This document shows, in pieces, positions 46,531 through 57,330 of a DNA stretch of 64,000 bases. Each line of letters begins with the position of its first letter. The first letter of the stretch is position 1. Under the pieces are notes generated by a model. The model searched no databases, had not been told where the DNA came from, and saw nothing but the letters and a program-made list of their open reading frames with translations. Position numbers and translations under genes: made by a program. The DNA comes from Nitrososphaeria archaeon (lineage in GTDB: Archaea; Thermoproteota; Nitrososphaeria; JACIWG01): assembly GCA_050011875.1 (NCBI GenBank), contig JBEKIG010000011.1:92019-156018 (forward strand), written 5' to 3'.

Positions 46531-47739
46531 TCAACTAGGAGGAGGCCGAGTAGCTAAAGTCAAAGGGATATTCATCACTTGGCCATTACGGAGAATGTTA
46601 ATTTCGATCGTTTGACTAGGAAAAGTATATTGTTCAAGATATGATGATAGATCATCGCCATTTAATATACGAGTACCATTTATGCCTATGATCAAATCTC
46701 CTCCGAGAACAACATTACTTCCCATGATTTGCACTACTTGATTTCCAACATGCAAACCCACCTGTTCTGCGGGGCTTCCACTTGTAATGCTTTGAATTAG
46801 ACACCCATAAGTTACATTAACACCCATCGCTTGAGCTATATAATAACTCATGTCAGTAGTATTAACCCCCATCCATGAGTGATCGGTATAACTTCCAGTG
46901 TTTGCCAAGGAGCTCACCTCTTTAAGAATAGTAGAGGAGGGGATAGCAAGCCCAAGCCCCTGTGATCCACTGACCGTAGCGGTAGTAATACCAATCACCT
47001 GCCCCAAATAGTTAAGGAGCGGACCCCCAGAATTGCCGGGATTAATCGCCGCACTTATCTGGATCACATCTGCAATAGAATAGCCTCCAGTCGTTCCCTC
47101 AGTTATCGTTCGACCTAGCTGACTTATGATCCCTGTCGTTACCGAACCGCTAAGACCGTATGGGTTCCCTATAGCTATGACAGAATCGCCAACTTGCAAA
47201 TCAGTCGAGCTGACAACTGGAATGGCTTTTAATTCAGAATTAGAAGCCGCTGCTGAAAGAACAGCAAGGTCAGCATAAGGATCAGAGCCTAAGACAGTGG
47301 CGGCATACATATTGCCATCAGTGAAGGTTACAGTAATGTTAAACGCACCGTCTATCACATGGAAGTTAGTGATTATTACCATTCTCCCCGTTAGGTTATA
47401 CACGAAACCTGAACCCTGCACTTCCTCATATAGGGTTCCAAAAAAGGATTGTGCTGTTACAATGCCGGTAATTATTACTACAGAATTCTTTACAGACTGA
47501 TAAAGTTGTGGGATAGAAATGTTTCCCCCTGTCTGATAGGTAATATAAGTCGTATTCGAATTAGGCTGTGAAGTTTGGGTCTCGAGTTGGAGAGATTGCA
47601 CTTCCTGTCGTAACTGGTTAACCTGATTTGAAAACGTCAAGTTACCAAACCCTTCGCCGATAGCAATGCCGAAAATTAACACAATGATCAATAGGGTTAT
47701 CCAATATCGGTTGTGCCAAATGAGAGATTCGCTTTTCAA
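46531..47739 (-). CDS. membrane-anchored HtrA/DegS serine protease with PDZ domain (second paralog)
   Basis: TNFHVI, DLAVL, NPGNSGGPL, GGDLI. Confidence 0.93.
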   Translation of the reverse strand: MKSESLIWHNRYWITLLIIVLIFGIAIGEGFGNLTFSNQVNQLRQEVQSLQLETQTSQPNSNTTYITYQTGGNISIPQLYQSVKNSVVIITGIVTAQSFFGTLYEEVQGSGFVYNLTGRMVIITNFHVIDGAFNITVTFTDGNMYAATVLGSDPYADLAVLSAAASNSELKAIPVVSSTDLQVGDSVIAIGNPYGLSGSVTTGIISQLGRTITEGTTGGYSIADVIQISAAINPGNSGGPLLNYLGQVIGITTATVSGSQGLGLAIPSSTILKEVSSLANTGSYTDHSWMGVNTTDMSYYIAQAMGVNVTYGCLIQSITSGSPAEQVGLHVGNQVVQIMGSNVVLGGDLIIGINGTRILNGDDLSSYLEQYTFPSQTIEINILRNGQVMNIPLTLATRPPPS

Positions 47740-48109
47740 TCTGTGTCACCTGACTTCTTGCCTTGTAAACAGCAATTAGGAAGCATGGAGGTTAAGGCTG
47801 TCACCACAGCTATGTTTTTGAACCTCGCATCCCTAACTTCCCTAATGATTCTTAGATTATTCAATCAGTTCCACTGTTTTTCGATTTTCCATGCATTATA
47901 AAACAGTTTTTCAGAATTAGGCCCGAATTTAAACCCAATCTAGCAGGCTATGCGTCTGTCAAAAAAAGCCTTTAACTTAATAGACCTTCTTCATGGTCGT
48001 GAACAATCTAGTGGCTTTAGCTATTATAGACGAAAGCACTTTTCGTACTAGCGCAATCCAAATAAACACGGTAAACTGTGGAGTAATCGTCGTATCCGGA
48101 CCGATACAA

Positions 48110-48430
48110 ATGTCCACAAATGAGAATCCTTTAAGGTACGTGCTTGGATGGTTGATTACGGGTACGAGGGGCGGTACGAACCGTGCCAAAATAATTAAAA
48201 CGTTAAGGGAGAACCCGAAGAATGCAAATCAATTAGCTATTTTGCTTAAAGTGGACTATAGGACAGTAAGGCATCATCTTGAAGTTCTCCAAAGGAATCG
48301 GCTAATCATTTCCGTAGGGGACAGATACGGCGCAACATATTTCTTGTCTCCAGCAATGGAAGCGAACTACGCTTTGTTTGAAGAGATTATGAACAAATTC
48401 TGGGAAAAGGAAAAAAGGGAGGAAAAATAG
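48110..48430 (+). CDS. ArsR-like winged-HTH regulator
   Basis: WLITGTRGG.NRAKII, NANQLA..L..DYRTVRHHL; start at ATG 48110. Confidence 0.88.
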   Translation: MSTNENPLRYVLGWLITGTRGGTNRAKIIKTLRENPKNANQLAILLKVDYRTVRHHLEVLQRNRLIISVGDRYGATYFLSPAMEANYALFEEIMNKFWEKEKREEK

Positions 48431-48440
48431 GTGGAATGAC

Positions 48441-48866
48441 GTGAACAGGAACGCTAAAATCCAAATAATATTTATAACTTTGATAGCGGTGGCAGTGCTT
48501 GCAACTTTTTGGGCCAGTATGAATCTTTTTCAACCGCCTTTTGGGGAACGGGAACCCAGGGAGCCTGTTACCGGTGATATAGAATTATATTACACCGTCA
48601 CAACAGTTATTTCCACGATTAACTTCGCTTTATTATTGATTTTATTAATCACGTACTTTGATATGTATTTAAAGACGAAGTCTGAATTTTTGATAGGATT
48701 GATGATATTCGCATTAGTGATGCTTCTCAACGCTCTTACTTCTAATCAATTTATAACCCAAATTTTCGGTTTCCGAGCGTTCGGCCTTGGCCCTTTTGCA
48801 CTTTTACCGGATTTGTTCACCTTCATTGCTTTAGTAATCCTTCTTTACCTCACATTCAAATATTAA
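48441..48866 (+). CDS. hypothetical membrane protein (about 4 TM)
   Basis: Hydrophobic ORF 10 bp after the regulator, with GGTGG upstream. Confidence 0.75.
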   Translation: MNRNAKIQIIFITLIAVAVLATFWASMNLFQPPFGEREPREPVTGDIELYYTVTTVISTINFALLLILLITYFDMYLKTKSEFLIGLMIFALVMLLNALTSNQFITQIFGFRAFGLGPFALLPDLFTFIALVILLYLTFKY

Positions 48867-49025
48867 GAAAGCCATCGATATTTCCTTTCACTTTCATTAT
48901 AAAAAGCAGACAGATCCAAGTTCAGATGAAACTTGGAGTTACAGATATTTACGTAAAAGGCTTCATACTCTTAACTAAATCCTTAATCTACTCCGCCGAA
49001 ACAAAAACGACCTTTTAGCGTTTTA

Positions 49026-49769
49026 TCAGATTTTCATTTTTTGGAAGGCGTATGTGCCTGTTGCGATAAAGATACAGTCTAAAACTGCGAGCACTACTGC
49101 ATCAAGGTAAACTGGAAAGTAGTTTGCACCTATTATTACACCACGTAAGCCGTCAACCGCATACGTCATAGGGTCTATGTAGGCGAAGGGGACAAGATAC
49201 GATGGCAGCTTATCGAATGGGAAAAGAGTTAGCAGGAACATAGGGAACACCACGAAGCTGGTTATCAGCTGGAAACCTTCCGGAGACTCCATCCTCGAAC
49301 CCATAATCAAGCCTATACTCACCAATATCGTGGTAGTCAAGAACATGAACCCGAACGTCAGAGGAATTGACAGCGGAGTATAATTGACTCCAATAAAAAC
49401 CCCTAAAATTAGGACTAGGGTTGCCTGAATAATTGAGTCGGTGGAGCCTCCTACTATCTTTCCGATGAACATGGAAAGCCTAGAGATCGGTGCGACAAGG
49501 ACTTCTTTGAGGAAGTCTACCTTTCTGTCCCATACGATGTAGAGGCCAAAAAAGATTGAAGTAAAGAGGAGGACCATCCCGACGATCGCGGGAAAGATAA
49601 AGACCTCGCCTCCCACAGTACCGAATCCGCCTATGTTTCCCAGGCCGCCGCCGAAGATCAGAAGAAAGAACAGGGGGTTGATGACCGAAGCTACGATCCT
49701 CGACTTCTCCCTAGAGAATACCCTAATCTCCCTGTACCACATCGCGTAGATTGCCTTTAGAGCGCCCAT
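49026..49769 (-). CDS. ABC-2 type exporter permease
   Basis: WDRKVDFLKEVLVAPISR, DPMTYAVDGLR; start at ATG 49769. Confidence 0.9.
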   Translation of the reverse strand: MGALKAIYAMWYREIRVFSREKSRIVASVINPLFFLLIFGGGLGNIGGFGTVGGEVFIFPAIVGMVLLFTSIFFGLYIVWDRKVDFLKEVLVAPISRLSMFIGKIVGGSTDSIIQATLVLILGVFIGVNYTPLSIPLTFGFMFLTTTILVSIGLIMGSRMESPEGFQLITSFVVFPMFLLTLFPFDKLPSYLVPFAYIDPMTYAVDGLRGVIIGANYFPVYLDAVVLAVLDCIFIATGTYAFQKMKI

Positions 49770-49771
49770 TT

Positions 49772-50752
49772 CTATCTCCCCCTCGTCTGGGCGCTCATCA
49801 TCCTCTCGGCCCAACCGCCTTCAGCTCCAGAATCTTCCATCTCACCACCGGTATAATGCAGGAAGACATCGTTCAGCGTAGGCTCGCGAACGTAGACGGA
49901 ATCTACCTTTCCGATAGCTTCGAGAATCGTTGTCAGATGCCTTCTTGCGCCTTCAACGGTTATCGAAACCGTTCCGTCAACCATTTCGACCTTCTTCACA
50001 AAATCCAGCTTCCTTATCGCTTCGATGTTCGGTTCAGGCGACTTTATCCGTATGATGTCGCCTCCGATTATCTTCTTCAAGTTCCCTGGTGTGTCGAGGG
50101 CTACGATCTTCCCCTTATCTATGATCGCTATCCTGTTACAGAGGAGGTCGGCTTCCTCCATGTAGTGGGTTGTTAAAACTATCGTAACATTTTTTTCGTT
50201 AGCAAGCTTTCTGATGTACTGCCAGATACGCTCGCGGGCCTGCGGGTCAAGCCCCAGAGTGGGCTCATCCAAAAAGAGTACAGCAGGCTGATGCAAAAGC
50301 CCCCTAGCGATTTCCAGCCTCCTCCTCATACCGCCCGAATAGTTTTTCACCAGCTCCTTCTTCCTATCCTCCAGATCAACCAGCTTCAAAACTTCACCTA
50401 TTTTTGACTCCACGACCTCATCTGGCACGTCGTAGAGCATGGCGTGAAGCTTAAGATTTTCGTATCCGGTCAGAATATCGTCCGAAGAAGGATCCTGGAA
50501 GACTATGCCGATCGATTTTCTCACTTTGTCCTGTTCTTTTCTAATGTCGTATCCGTTGACTAGCGCGGTTCCAGCGGTCGGCTGAATCAGAGTAGTCAAC
50601 ATCATAAGTATGGTCGTCTTTCCCGCGCCGTTCGGCCCCAGTAAACCGAAGACTTCGCCATGCTCTATCTTCAGGCTAAGATCATCTACGGCTTTGACGC
50701 CATTAAATTTCTTGGTCAAATTTAAGGTCTCAATCGCGGATTTTGAGCTCAA
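49772..50752 (-). CDS. ABC exporter ATP-binding protein (DrrA-like)
   Basis: GPNGAGKT, YSGGMRRR, LDEPT, TTHY. Confidence 0.95.
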   Translation of the reverse strand: MSSKSAIETLNLTKKFNGVKAVDDLSLKIEHGEVFGLLGPNGAGKTTILMMLTTLIQPTAGTALVNGYDIRKEQDKVRKSIGIVFQDPSSDDILTGYENLKLHAMLYDVPDEVVESKIGEVLKLVDLEDRKKELVKNYSGGMRRRLEIARGLLHQPAVLFLDEPTLGLDPQARERIWQYIRKLANEKNVTIVLTTHYMEEADLLCNRIAIIDKGKIVALDTPGNLKKIIGGDIIRIKSPEPNIEAIRKLDFVKKVEMVDGTVSITVEGARRHLTTILEAIGKVDSVYVREPTLNDVFLHYTGGEMEDSGAEGGWAERMMSAQTRGR

Positions 50753-51016
50753 AAGGCTTTCACTTAAGTTTCCCCAATATTGGGAGGAATATAAAGCTGT
50801 ATGGTTTTTTCTACAAGTTATAAACCAGATGATGTCGATGATTCCAAGGACGTGTAATCGATGGAACTTACAACCAGGGACCCCTTTCCCGAGATTTTAG
50901 GATAGAGATCAGAGAAGCACGTCGAAGATTACGAACTTGGTCAACTACGTCAGCATGTATCACTTTGTAATCCAATATCGAACTAATCGTTAATAAAAAA
51001 AAGATATTATTTACCG

Positions 51017-51586
51017 TCACTTGATATCTTTGCCTATTGAGAAGGCTTGTCCGATACAAGAGCCGACCCCATAGTAGGATCTGTTTCCCGTATCAAAGAG
51101 CAGTTGCTTGATCTTCTCCATGTCAGGAAGCCCTTTACTGTTCAGCACTGATGAGTCAGCCTTGACATCCAAGATCTCACAGACGAACTTAGTGTGCAAG
51201 CCAATTTCAATCGTGTGAATAACCTTGCATTCCAGAACCATCTGGCATTCTTCAACGTACGGTGCGTCGGTGATGTCGCTTTTTACCGGAGTTAGTTTAA
51301 GAGAGGAGAATTTGTCGACATCTCTCCCCGAAGCGATGCCGGCGTAGTCCGATTCTCTGATATAGGCCTCTGAAGGAATGTTTGCAGTCAAAGCCTTCCT
51401 CTCAACGATGTTGCCATAGGTGTATGTAGCCTTCCTTAGAGACACTGCTACACACGGAGGTTTAGAGCAGCAGATGCCGACCCAAGCGGCCGCCATAAGG
51501 TTAGGCTTCCCTTCCTTGTCATAGGTCCCAATCAACCAGACAGGTGTAAGAGATGCTAGGGTTCTTGCGCCCAAAGACTTTTTCAT
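51017..51586 (-). CDS. flavin reductase-like (flavoredoxin) protein
   Basis: PVWLIGTYD.EGKPN, SGRDVDKF, LECKV; start at ATG 51586 (MKKSLG). Confidence 0.88.
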   Translation of the reverse strand: MKKSLGARTLASLTPVWLIGTYDKEGKPNLMAAAWVGICCSKPPCVAVSLRKATYTYGNIVERKALTANIPSEAYIRESDYAGIASGRDVDKFSSLKLTPVKSDITDAPYVEECQMVLECKVIHTIEIGLHTKFVCEILDVKADSSVLNSKGLPDMEKIKQLLFDTGNRSYYGVGSCIGQAFSIGKDIK

Positions 51587-51764
51587 GGAAAACACCACTT
51601 CGGTGTATGGATTAAAGTTTTTCCCATAGTGGCAAAGAGAGCTAAAGGAATGCTCTATTTCTGTAAACATATGAAAATAAAGTGTTAACAAATCAATAAG
51701 ATTATCGATCTTGTCAATATATGAGCTGTCTTGTTTTTTCTTAAATTCACAGATTGTAAACGAA

Positions 51765-52229
51765 TCAACTTTGGGCTGCTGTGAGCGCGGCTGCATTAAT
51801 ACAGTATCTCTTGTATGTAGGCGGTGGACCGTCTTCGAACACGTGCCCCAAGTGCGCATTACACCTTGCACAGGATACTTCTATCCTGTTCATCCCATAG
51901 CTTGTGTCCTTTCTTGTGACGATATTCATTTCCGATACTGGTTTGTAGAAACTGGGCCAACCTGTTCCTGACTCGAATTTGGTGTCCAAACTAAAGAGAT
52001 CTGTGCCGCAGCAGACGCAACGGTATAATCCCTCCCCTTTGGGTATTTCGCATTTGGCGCTGAAGGGGCTTTCCGTGTCGTGTAACCTCGTGATCTTATA
52101 CTGTTGTAGGGTGAGCTGCCGTTTCCATTCCTCATCTGTCTTCTCTATTATATCGACTTCCTCGATTTCATTCTTTGTTTTGTTATAGATCTTAACCTTT
52201 TTAGCGTTTGTTGAAACCCGATCCGACAT
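51765..52229 (-). CDS. msrB: peptide methionine-(R)-sulfoxide reductase
   Basis: CVCC, KFESGTGWPSF, CARC.AHLGHVF.DGP, RYCIN. Confidence 0.96.
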   Translation of the reverse strand: MSDRVSTNAKKVKIYNKTKNEIEEVDIIEKTDEEWKRQLTLQQYKITRLHDTESPFSAKCEIPKGEGLYRCVCCGTDLFSLDTKFESGTGWPSFYKPVSEMNIVTRKDTSYGMNRIEVSCARCNAHLGHVFEDGPPPTYKRYCINAAALTAAQS

Positions 52230-52507
52230 ATCCCTTCACATTTCGTTTATTACTGGAATTATATATATACATTTCCCGAACATTTCTTGGTTATTGCAAT
52301 TGTAGGACTTTTTATAAACGATCAATTGCAGCGTCCTAAAGGGTTGGGATTTACCTTTCGGAAAACAATGAGCTTGCGATGGGAGATAAAAGATATCATA
52401 TTCTATAATAAGACTTACCATCAAATCAAGATTAATTACTGGCTGGTTTGAGAAAATATTTATATAGACTAGAATTTGTCGTCCTTAAAAGAGAAAGTGA
52501 TATAGAC

Positions 52508-53536
52508 ATGTCCGCAACACAAATTGAAACCCAAACGTCTCCGACAATCGTAAAGGTCGAGAACCTATCAAAAGTATTTGGCGAATTGAAAGCAGTTGAC
52601 AACGTTAGCTTCGAAATCAAAGAGGGGGAAATTTTCGGTTTTCTAGGACCTAACGGAGCAGGGAAAACAACCACTATAAACATATTGACCACCCTTTTAA
52701 AACCTTCTTCAGGAAAAGCGGAAGTCTGCGGGTACGATATATTCAAGAAAGCGAACGAAGTTCGAAGAAACGTCGGAGTCGTACCTCAAGAATACACAGC
52801 CGACGAAGATATGACGGGAATTAATAACATCCTTCTTTGCTCAGACCTCTACGGCATACCCAGAAGTGACGCAAAACGACATGCAGAAGAGCTGCTTAAG
52901 CTTGTGGAACTTCAAGACGCCGCAAAGAGGAAGGTAAGCACCTACTCAGGAGGAATGCGAAGGAGGCTAGAACTCGCCTGCGGCTTGATCAATTACCCAA
53001 AACTACTATTCCTAGATGAACCTACTCTCGGTCTGGACGTTCAAACACGCACCGCAGTCTGGAAATACATCAAAACATTGAAAGAGGAATACCACATGAC
53101 CCTTTTCATGACAACCCACTATCTCGAAGAAGCTGACCACCTATGTGACAGAATAGCCATAATCGATCACGGCCACATAATAAAAGTTGGCTCACCAGAA
53201 GAACTGAAGGAAAGCATCGGCGGAGACGTAATCGTAGTAAACGTTGAAGAACTGGAACCTGATATTTCACCGGATATCGCCAAGATAAAATTAGTCAAAG
53301 ACGTAAAAAAGAACGCGGAAATCTACCGAATAAAGGTGGAACTTGGAGAAGAAGCCTCACCGCAGATCATGGACCTAATAAGATCTAAAGGGCTGCATGT
53401 AACAAAAATTTCGTTAACAAAACCAACCTTGGATGAGGTATATCTAGAATTAACTGGACGAACCTTGAGGGAAGAAGAAGTCGACAAACTCCAAGCGTTT
53501 CGTCAACGCGCAACAATTAGACGTGCAAGATCCTGA
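52508..53536 (+). CDS. ABC exporter ATP-binding protein (DrrA-like), second paralog
   Basis: GPNGAGKT, YSGGMRRR, LDEPT; start at ATG 52508. Confidence 0.94.
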   Translation: MSATQIETQTSPTIVKVENLSKVFGELKAVDNVSFEIKEGEIFGFLGPNGAGKTTTINILTTLLKPSSGKAEVCGYDIFKKANEVRRNVGVVPQEYTADEDMTGINNILLCSDLYGIPRSDAKRHAEELLKLVELQDAAKRKVSTYSGGMRRRLELACGLINYPKLLFLDEPTLGLDVQTRTAVWKYIKTLKEEYHMTLFMTTHYLEEADHLCDRIAIIDHGHIIKVGSPEELKESIGGDVIVVNVEELEPDISPDIAKIKLVKDVKKNAEIYRIKVELGEEASPQIMDLIRSKGLHVTKISLTKPTLDEVYLELTGRTLREEEVDKLQAFRQRATIRRARS

Positions 53537-53548
53537 AGGTGAGAAAGC

Positions 53549-54487
53549 ATGGAAAAAACAGAACTAAACGAACAAACATCCTCAGAAAACTCCTCAGTCC
53601 AACAAAAACAAAACGAAGAGAACCTCGCAAGAGAGCAACAACCATTCAGAACTCGACCCAAAATGAGCACAAGTCCCTTGCACGGATTATGGGCACTAAC
53701 CAACAGAGACCTAAGAAAATGGTACACCAACCCAATACAACTCTTTGTGTCGCTAATTCAACCAATTGTCTGGCTTGGCTTGTTCGGCAAAGCTTTGAAC
53801 TTTGGGACCTTCATAGCCGGTTCAGGAGCCTCCCAAGCGCAACAGGACCTAATTTTGAAGAACTTTTTCGGAACAACAAGCTACTTCTCATTCTTGGCAT
53901 GCGGAATGCTCGCTTTCATCGTCCTCTTCACTTCCGCGTTCAGCGGAATGTCAGTAGTCTTCGACCGCAGATTCGGTTTCCTAAACAAAGCTCTGAGCAC
54001 ACCAGTTGCACGCGGATCAATTGTGATGGGCAAAATCCTGCAAAGTGTCGTCAGATCTTTGGTACAATCAGCCATAGTTCTAGTGATTGCAGTAGTTCTC
54101 GGGATGGATACAACACATTTCACACCTCTAGGAATCGCTGGCACATTCCTCATCATCTTCCTCATGGGCACCGGGTTATCCGCGCTGTTCACGATGCTCG
54201 CGCTAAGATCAGGTGATTGGCAAACACAAATGGCAATCATAAACCTACTCAACATGCCACTACTATTCGCAAGTAACGCGTTGTTTCCGGCAAAAATAAT
54301 GCCAACTTGGCTTCAAGACGTCGTAAAACTTAACCCCGTCAGCTACGCAATTGACGCAGCAAGACAGTTGTTGATTGGAGCGACAGGCATGACTAGCCTC
54401 TTAGTCGACTTCTCGGTTATGATGGGATTCGCGATAATATTATCTGCAATAGGAATAGTTCTCTCCTGGAGACTACTTTCAAAGTAG
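53549..54487 (+). CDS. ABC-2 type exporter permease
   Basis: FDRRFGFL..ALSTPVAR, NPVSYAIDAAR. Confidence 0.92.
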   Translation: MEKTELNEQTSSENSSVQQKQNEENLAREQQPFRTRPKMSTSPLHGLWALTNRDLRKWYTNPIQLFVSLIQPIVWLGLFGKALNFGTFIAGSGASQAQQDLILKNFFGTTSYFSFLACGMLAFIVLFTSAFSGMSVVFDRRFGFLNKALSTPVARGSIVMGKILQSVVRSLVQSAIVLVIAVVLGMDTTHFTPLGIAGTFLIIFLMGTGLSALFTMLALRSGDWQTQMAIINLLNMPLLFASNALFPAKIMPTWLQDVVKLNPVSYAIDAARQLLIGATGMTSLLVDFSVMMGFAIILSAIGIVLSWRLLSK

Positions 54488-54541
54488 TCTCTTGGCGCGC
54501 GCTCTTAGTAAAGCAGTCTTAAAAATAGGAGATGGTTTGAA

Positions 54542-55255
54542 ATGAATGATATTTTAAAGGTTGTTAAGGAAAGGCACTCTGATAGGGTTCCTTTCGATCC
54601 GAATCGCCAAGTGGCAAAAGAAAACCTGAAACAGATTCTAGAAGCTGGGCGTTGGGCGCCTACTGCGCATAACATGCAGAACTTCGACATCGTCGTAGTT
54701 GACGAAAAAGAGGTTCTGGAGAAAATAGGGAATATCAAATCGCGCATTTCAGAAGTGTTCATCCGCGAGAACTATGAACAACTCTCATTCTCAAAAGAGG
54801 AGTTGCTTAAAAAAAAGACTGGAATCTTGGGTACCATGTTTCCGCAATCATGGGTGGACCCCTCGAAAATGGCAGAAATTGCCCGTGAGAGCGTGCCTAT
54901 GCCGCTGACCCAGACCATCCGAGGCAGCCCCTTACTCCTGGTAGTGGTTTATGACCCACGGAAGAGGGCACCTGCTTCCGAAGGCGATGTCTTGGGTTTC
55001 ATGAGCCTCGGGTGCGTTATGGAGAATATGTGGCTAATGGCGCAGTCTCTGGGAATTAGCCTACAGGTTCTCAGTGCCTTAGCCGCGCCTCCCGTAGAAA
55101 AACAGGTGAAGCAAATTCTCAACGTTCCCGAACCCCTAAAGATTGCCTTCACTTGCCGCCTAGGATATCCCACAGGGTCAACCAAATACCTGAGAATACG
55201 CCGCGATATAGCGGATTTCGTACACAACAATAAGTTCGGAAACAAGGGCATTTGA
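54542..55255 (+). CDS. nitroreductase family protein
   Basis: RHSDR, WAPTAHNMQ, ENMWLMAQSLG, LGYP. Confidence 0.92.
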   Translation: MNDILKVVKERHSDRVPFDPNRQVAKENLKQILEAGRWAPTAHNMQNFDIVVVDEKEVLEKIGNIKSRISEVFIRENYEQLSFSKEELLKKKTGILGTMFPQSWVDPSKMAEIARESVPMPLTQTIRGSPLLLVVVYDPRKRAPASEGDVLGFMSLGCVMENMWLMAQSLGISLQVLSALAAPPVEKQVKQILNVPEPLKIAFTCRLGYPTGSTKYLRIRRDIADFVHNNKFGNKGI

Positions 55256-55478
55256 CAGCCAGGATTTTACTCGACCAAAATAAGCCACCTCTTTCTTGAA
55301 GTGGGCGCAGGCCAAGTTCGAAAAGTAAATTGATTTAGATTTAAATCAATGAACTTTATACATGGATTTTCGCGTTAGATTTTGGTCCTATGTCTATATC
55401 TAAGGATTTTCATGCGGAATTTAAATGTGGGTTAGTCAATGCTTTTTGCTTTTGCGGTTTCAAATTCTAGTCGCAAGG

Positions 55479-56570
55479 TCAGCCTGTGGACCTTGCAAGG
55501 GATTTCACCCACTCTCTCTTCTCCCACAGGGCACATCCGTGAACTTCCTCAAGTTGTCCATGGCTTTCCCTGATCGTCCTCAGCATCTTCGACTGCAAGG
55601 CCTCCTTAAGTGAGACGTTGTTGATGTTCGTGTCCGAATAGGGTATGAACGGGCAAGGTTCCACGTTGCCTTCAGTGCTTATATGGATAAAGCCTCGTCC
55701 AGCGGAGAGGCAGCCGCCTATTTCTTCCTCATCCCAGGGTAGTGCAACGAACACCGCCTGATACTTCTTGCGGAACAAGTCTCTTCTTCTGACCAGCTCA
55801 AGTCTCTGAGTTTCGATGAGAACCCAACCTTCGGTACCCTCTTGGACAGGAGTGTACTCAACGAGCATGAAGAGACGACATCCTGCGTCAACGAGTTTCT
55901 TCACGAAATCCCCATCGGTTACCTCATCGAAATTGTTTCTGGTCAGGGTCAGCGATGGCCCCCAGAACGCACCGTTTTCCTCCAGTTTGGCAATCGACCC
56001 TTGAAGCATCCCGTAGACTCTCTTCCCTCTACGTTCGTCCGTGTCTGTCTGGTAGCCTTCCAGGCTGAGCATGGGTACAACGTTTCTTTTCTCATTTATT
56101 TTGCTAAGAACGGTATCGTTTATCATTAAGCCGTTCGTGAACATGAGAAACATTATTTCAGGATAACTCTTCGGAATGTCCAATACGTTGGGCCTCATAA
56201 GCGGCTCTCCGCCTCCTAAAACGATGAAGGAGACGCCTAGTTCTTTTGCTTCAGCTATGACCTTCCTGAGCCTTTCGTCGCTGATGTCATTGCCGGCTCC
56301 TTGACGAAGGGCCTGGTGATAGCATCCTTTGCAGTGGAGATTACATTTGCTCGTTACACTGAAGACGAGTATCGGTGGGACGTGGAGGCCTATCCTTTCC
56401 CAGTCTTTTCTAGTCTTGGCAGCGCGCCTTTGCCAATTAAGAGTTTTAAGGAAGAAAACTGCCTGCAAAGGGTTTGCGACAGCGGCCCGTAGGGCGTCTT
56501 TAAAGAAGACTCTTAATGTTCTGTTCAAGGTTCTGCTGAAGTCAACGCTTTCCGATTGAGTGAGAGTCAT
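55479..56570 (-). CDS. radical SAM / SPASM-domain protein
   Basis: CNLHCKGC, GGEPL, FTNG, GCLSAGRG..HIS..GNVEPCPF. Confidence 0.92.
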   Translation of the reverse strand: MTLTQSESVDFSRTLNRTLRVFFKDALRAAVANPLQAVFFLKTLNWQRRAAKTRKDWERIGLHVPPILVFSVTSKCNLHCKGCYHQALRQGAGNDISDERLRKVIAEAKELGVSFIVLGGGEPLMRPNVLDIPKSYPEIMFLMFTNGLMINDTVLSKINEKRNVVPMLSLEGYQTDTDERRGKRVYGMLQGSIAKLEENGAFWGPSLTLTRNNFDEVTDGDFVKKLVDAGCRLFMLVEYTPVQEGTEGWVLIETQRLELVRRRDLFRKKYQAVFVALPWDEEEIGGCLSAGRGFIHISTEGNVEPCPFIPYSDTNINNVSLKEALQSKMLRTIRESHGQLEEVHGCALWEKREWVKSLARSTG

Positions 56571-56717
56571 TACACTACCCTTCAGACTTGTAATTGAATA
56601 TAAGGTTTGTTAATTAACTTGAACCGTAAATAAGGTTTGCTTAGATGAACTTTTCGGGAACAACCTTATCCTTTTTAGAAGATAATAATTAAATAAGCAA
56701 AATTGCTATAATCTTGC

Positions 56718-57119
56718 ATGAAACCTAAAGTGACCACAATAAATCAAAAGGTAATGATAAAAGCATCGCCTGAGGAGGTATACCTAGCATTCGTTAACCC
56801 TGAAAAGCATTCATCGTTTACCGGCAGCAAGGCAACAGGTACACCAAAGGTTGGGGGGAAGTTCACATCCTGGGACGGCTACATTTTTGGAACCAACCTG
56901 GAACTGGAAAAGGGTAAGAAGATAGTGCAGGAGTGGAAGACGACAGAATGGCCACCCAACTACCCGCCGTCAACGTTCAAACTAACCTTCAAAAAGACTA
57001 AGGAAGGGACGGAAATAACGATGGTTCACTCGAACGTGCCCACAGAGCAGACAGAAGACTTAAGGCAGGGGTGGATCGATTTCTACTGGGAGCCTTTAAA
57101 AAAGTACTTTAAGAAATAG
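56718..57119 (+). CDS. SRPBCC/AHSA1 domain protein
   Basis: ASPEEVY, KIVQEW, GW..FYWEPLK. Confidence 0.9.
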   Translation: MKPKVTTINQKVMIKASPEEVYLAFVNPEKHSSFTGSKATGTPKVGGKFTSWDGYIFGTNLELEKGKKIVQEWKTTEWPPNYPPSTFKLTFKKTKEGTEITMVHSNVPTEQTEDLRQGWIDFYWEPLKKYFKK

Positions 57120-57330
57120 GCATCTATTATATTTGAATACCCTAGACTCCACTTCAAAATCCGCATAAAGATGATCTATTTCTGTTCACATCAACTAATA
57201 ATTTAATAGCGGAGGTCCTGACGAAAGAAAGTGCCTAAACGCCCCCGATAAGCAACCCTGATGTAAGAGCACCTATTATCTTCTATATTCAACACAAGAT
57301 TTTTAAGATGATGATGAAAGGAAGATTCTG

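Noticed and set aside
55300-55350. tRNA-end-like string and 22-bp near-palindrome as att or dif site
   Set aside because: Poor match to the T-arm and to the archaeal dif layout; a terminator-like hairpin between convergent genes is simpler
57200-57280. Hammerhead or riboswitch-like ctgacga/gaaa/ctgatg words
   Set aside because: Required helices could not be paired; it also reads as a gene tail (IAEVLTKESA*)
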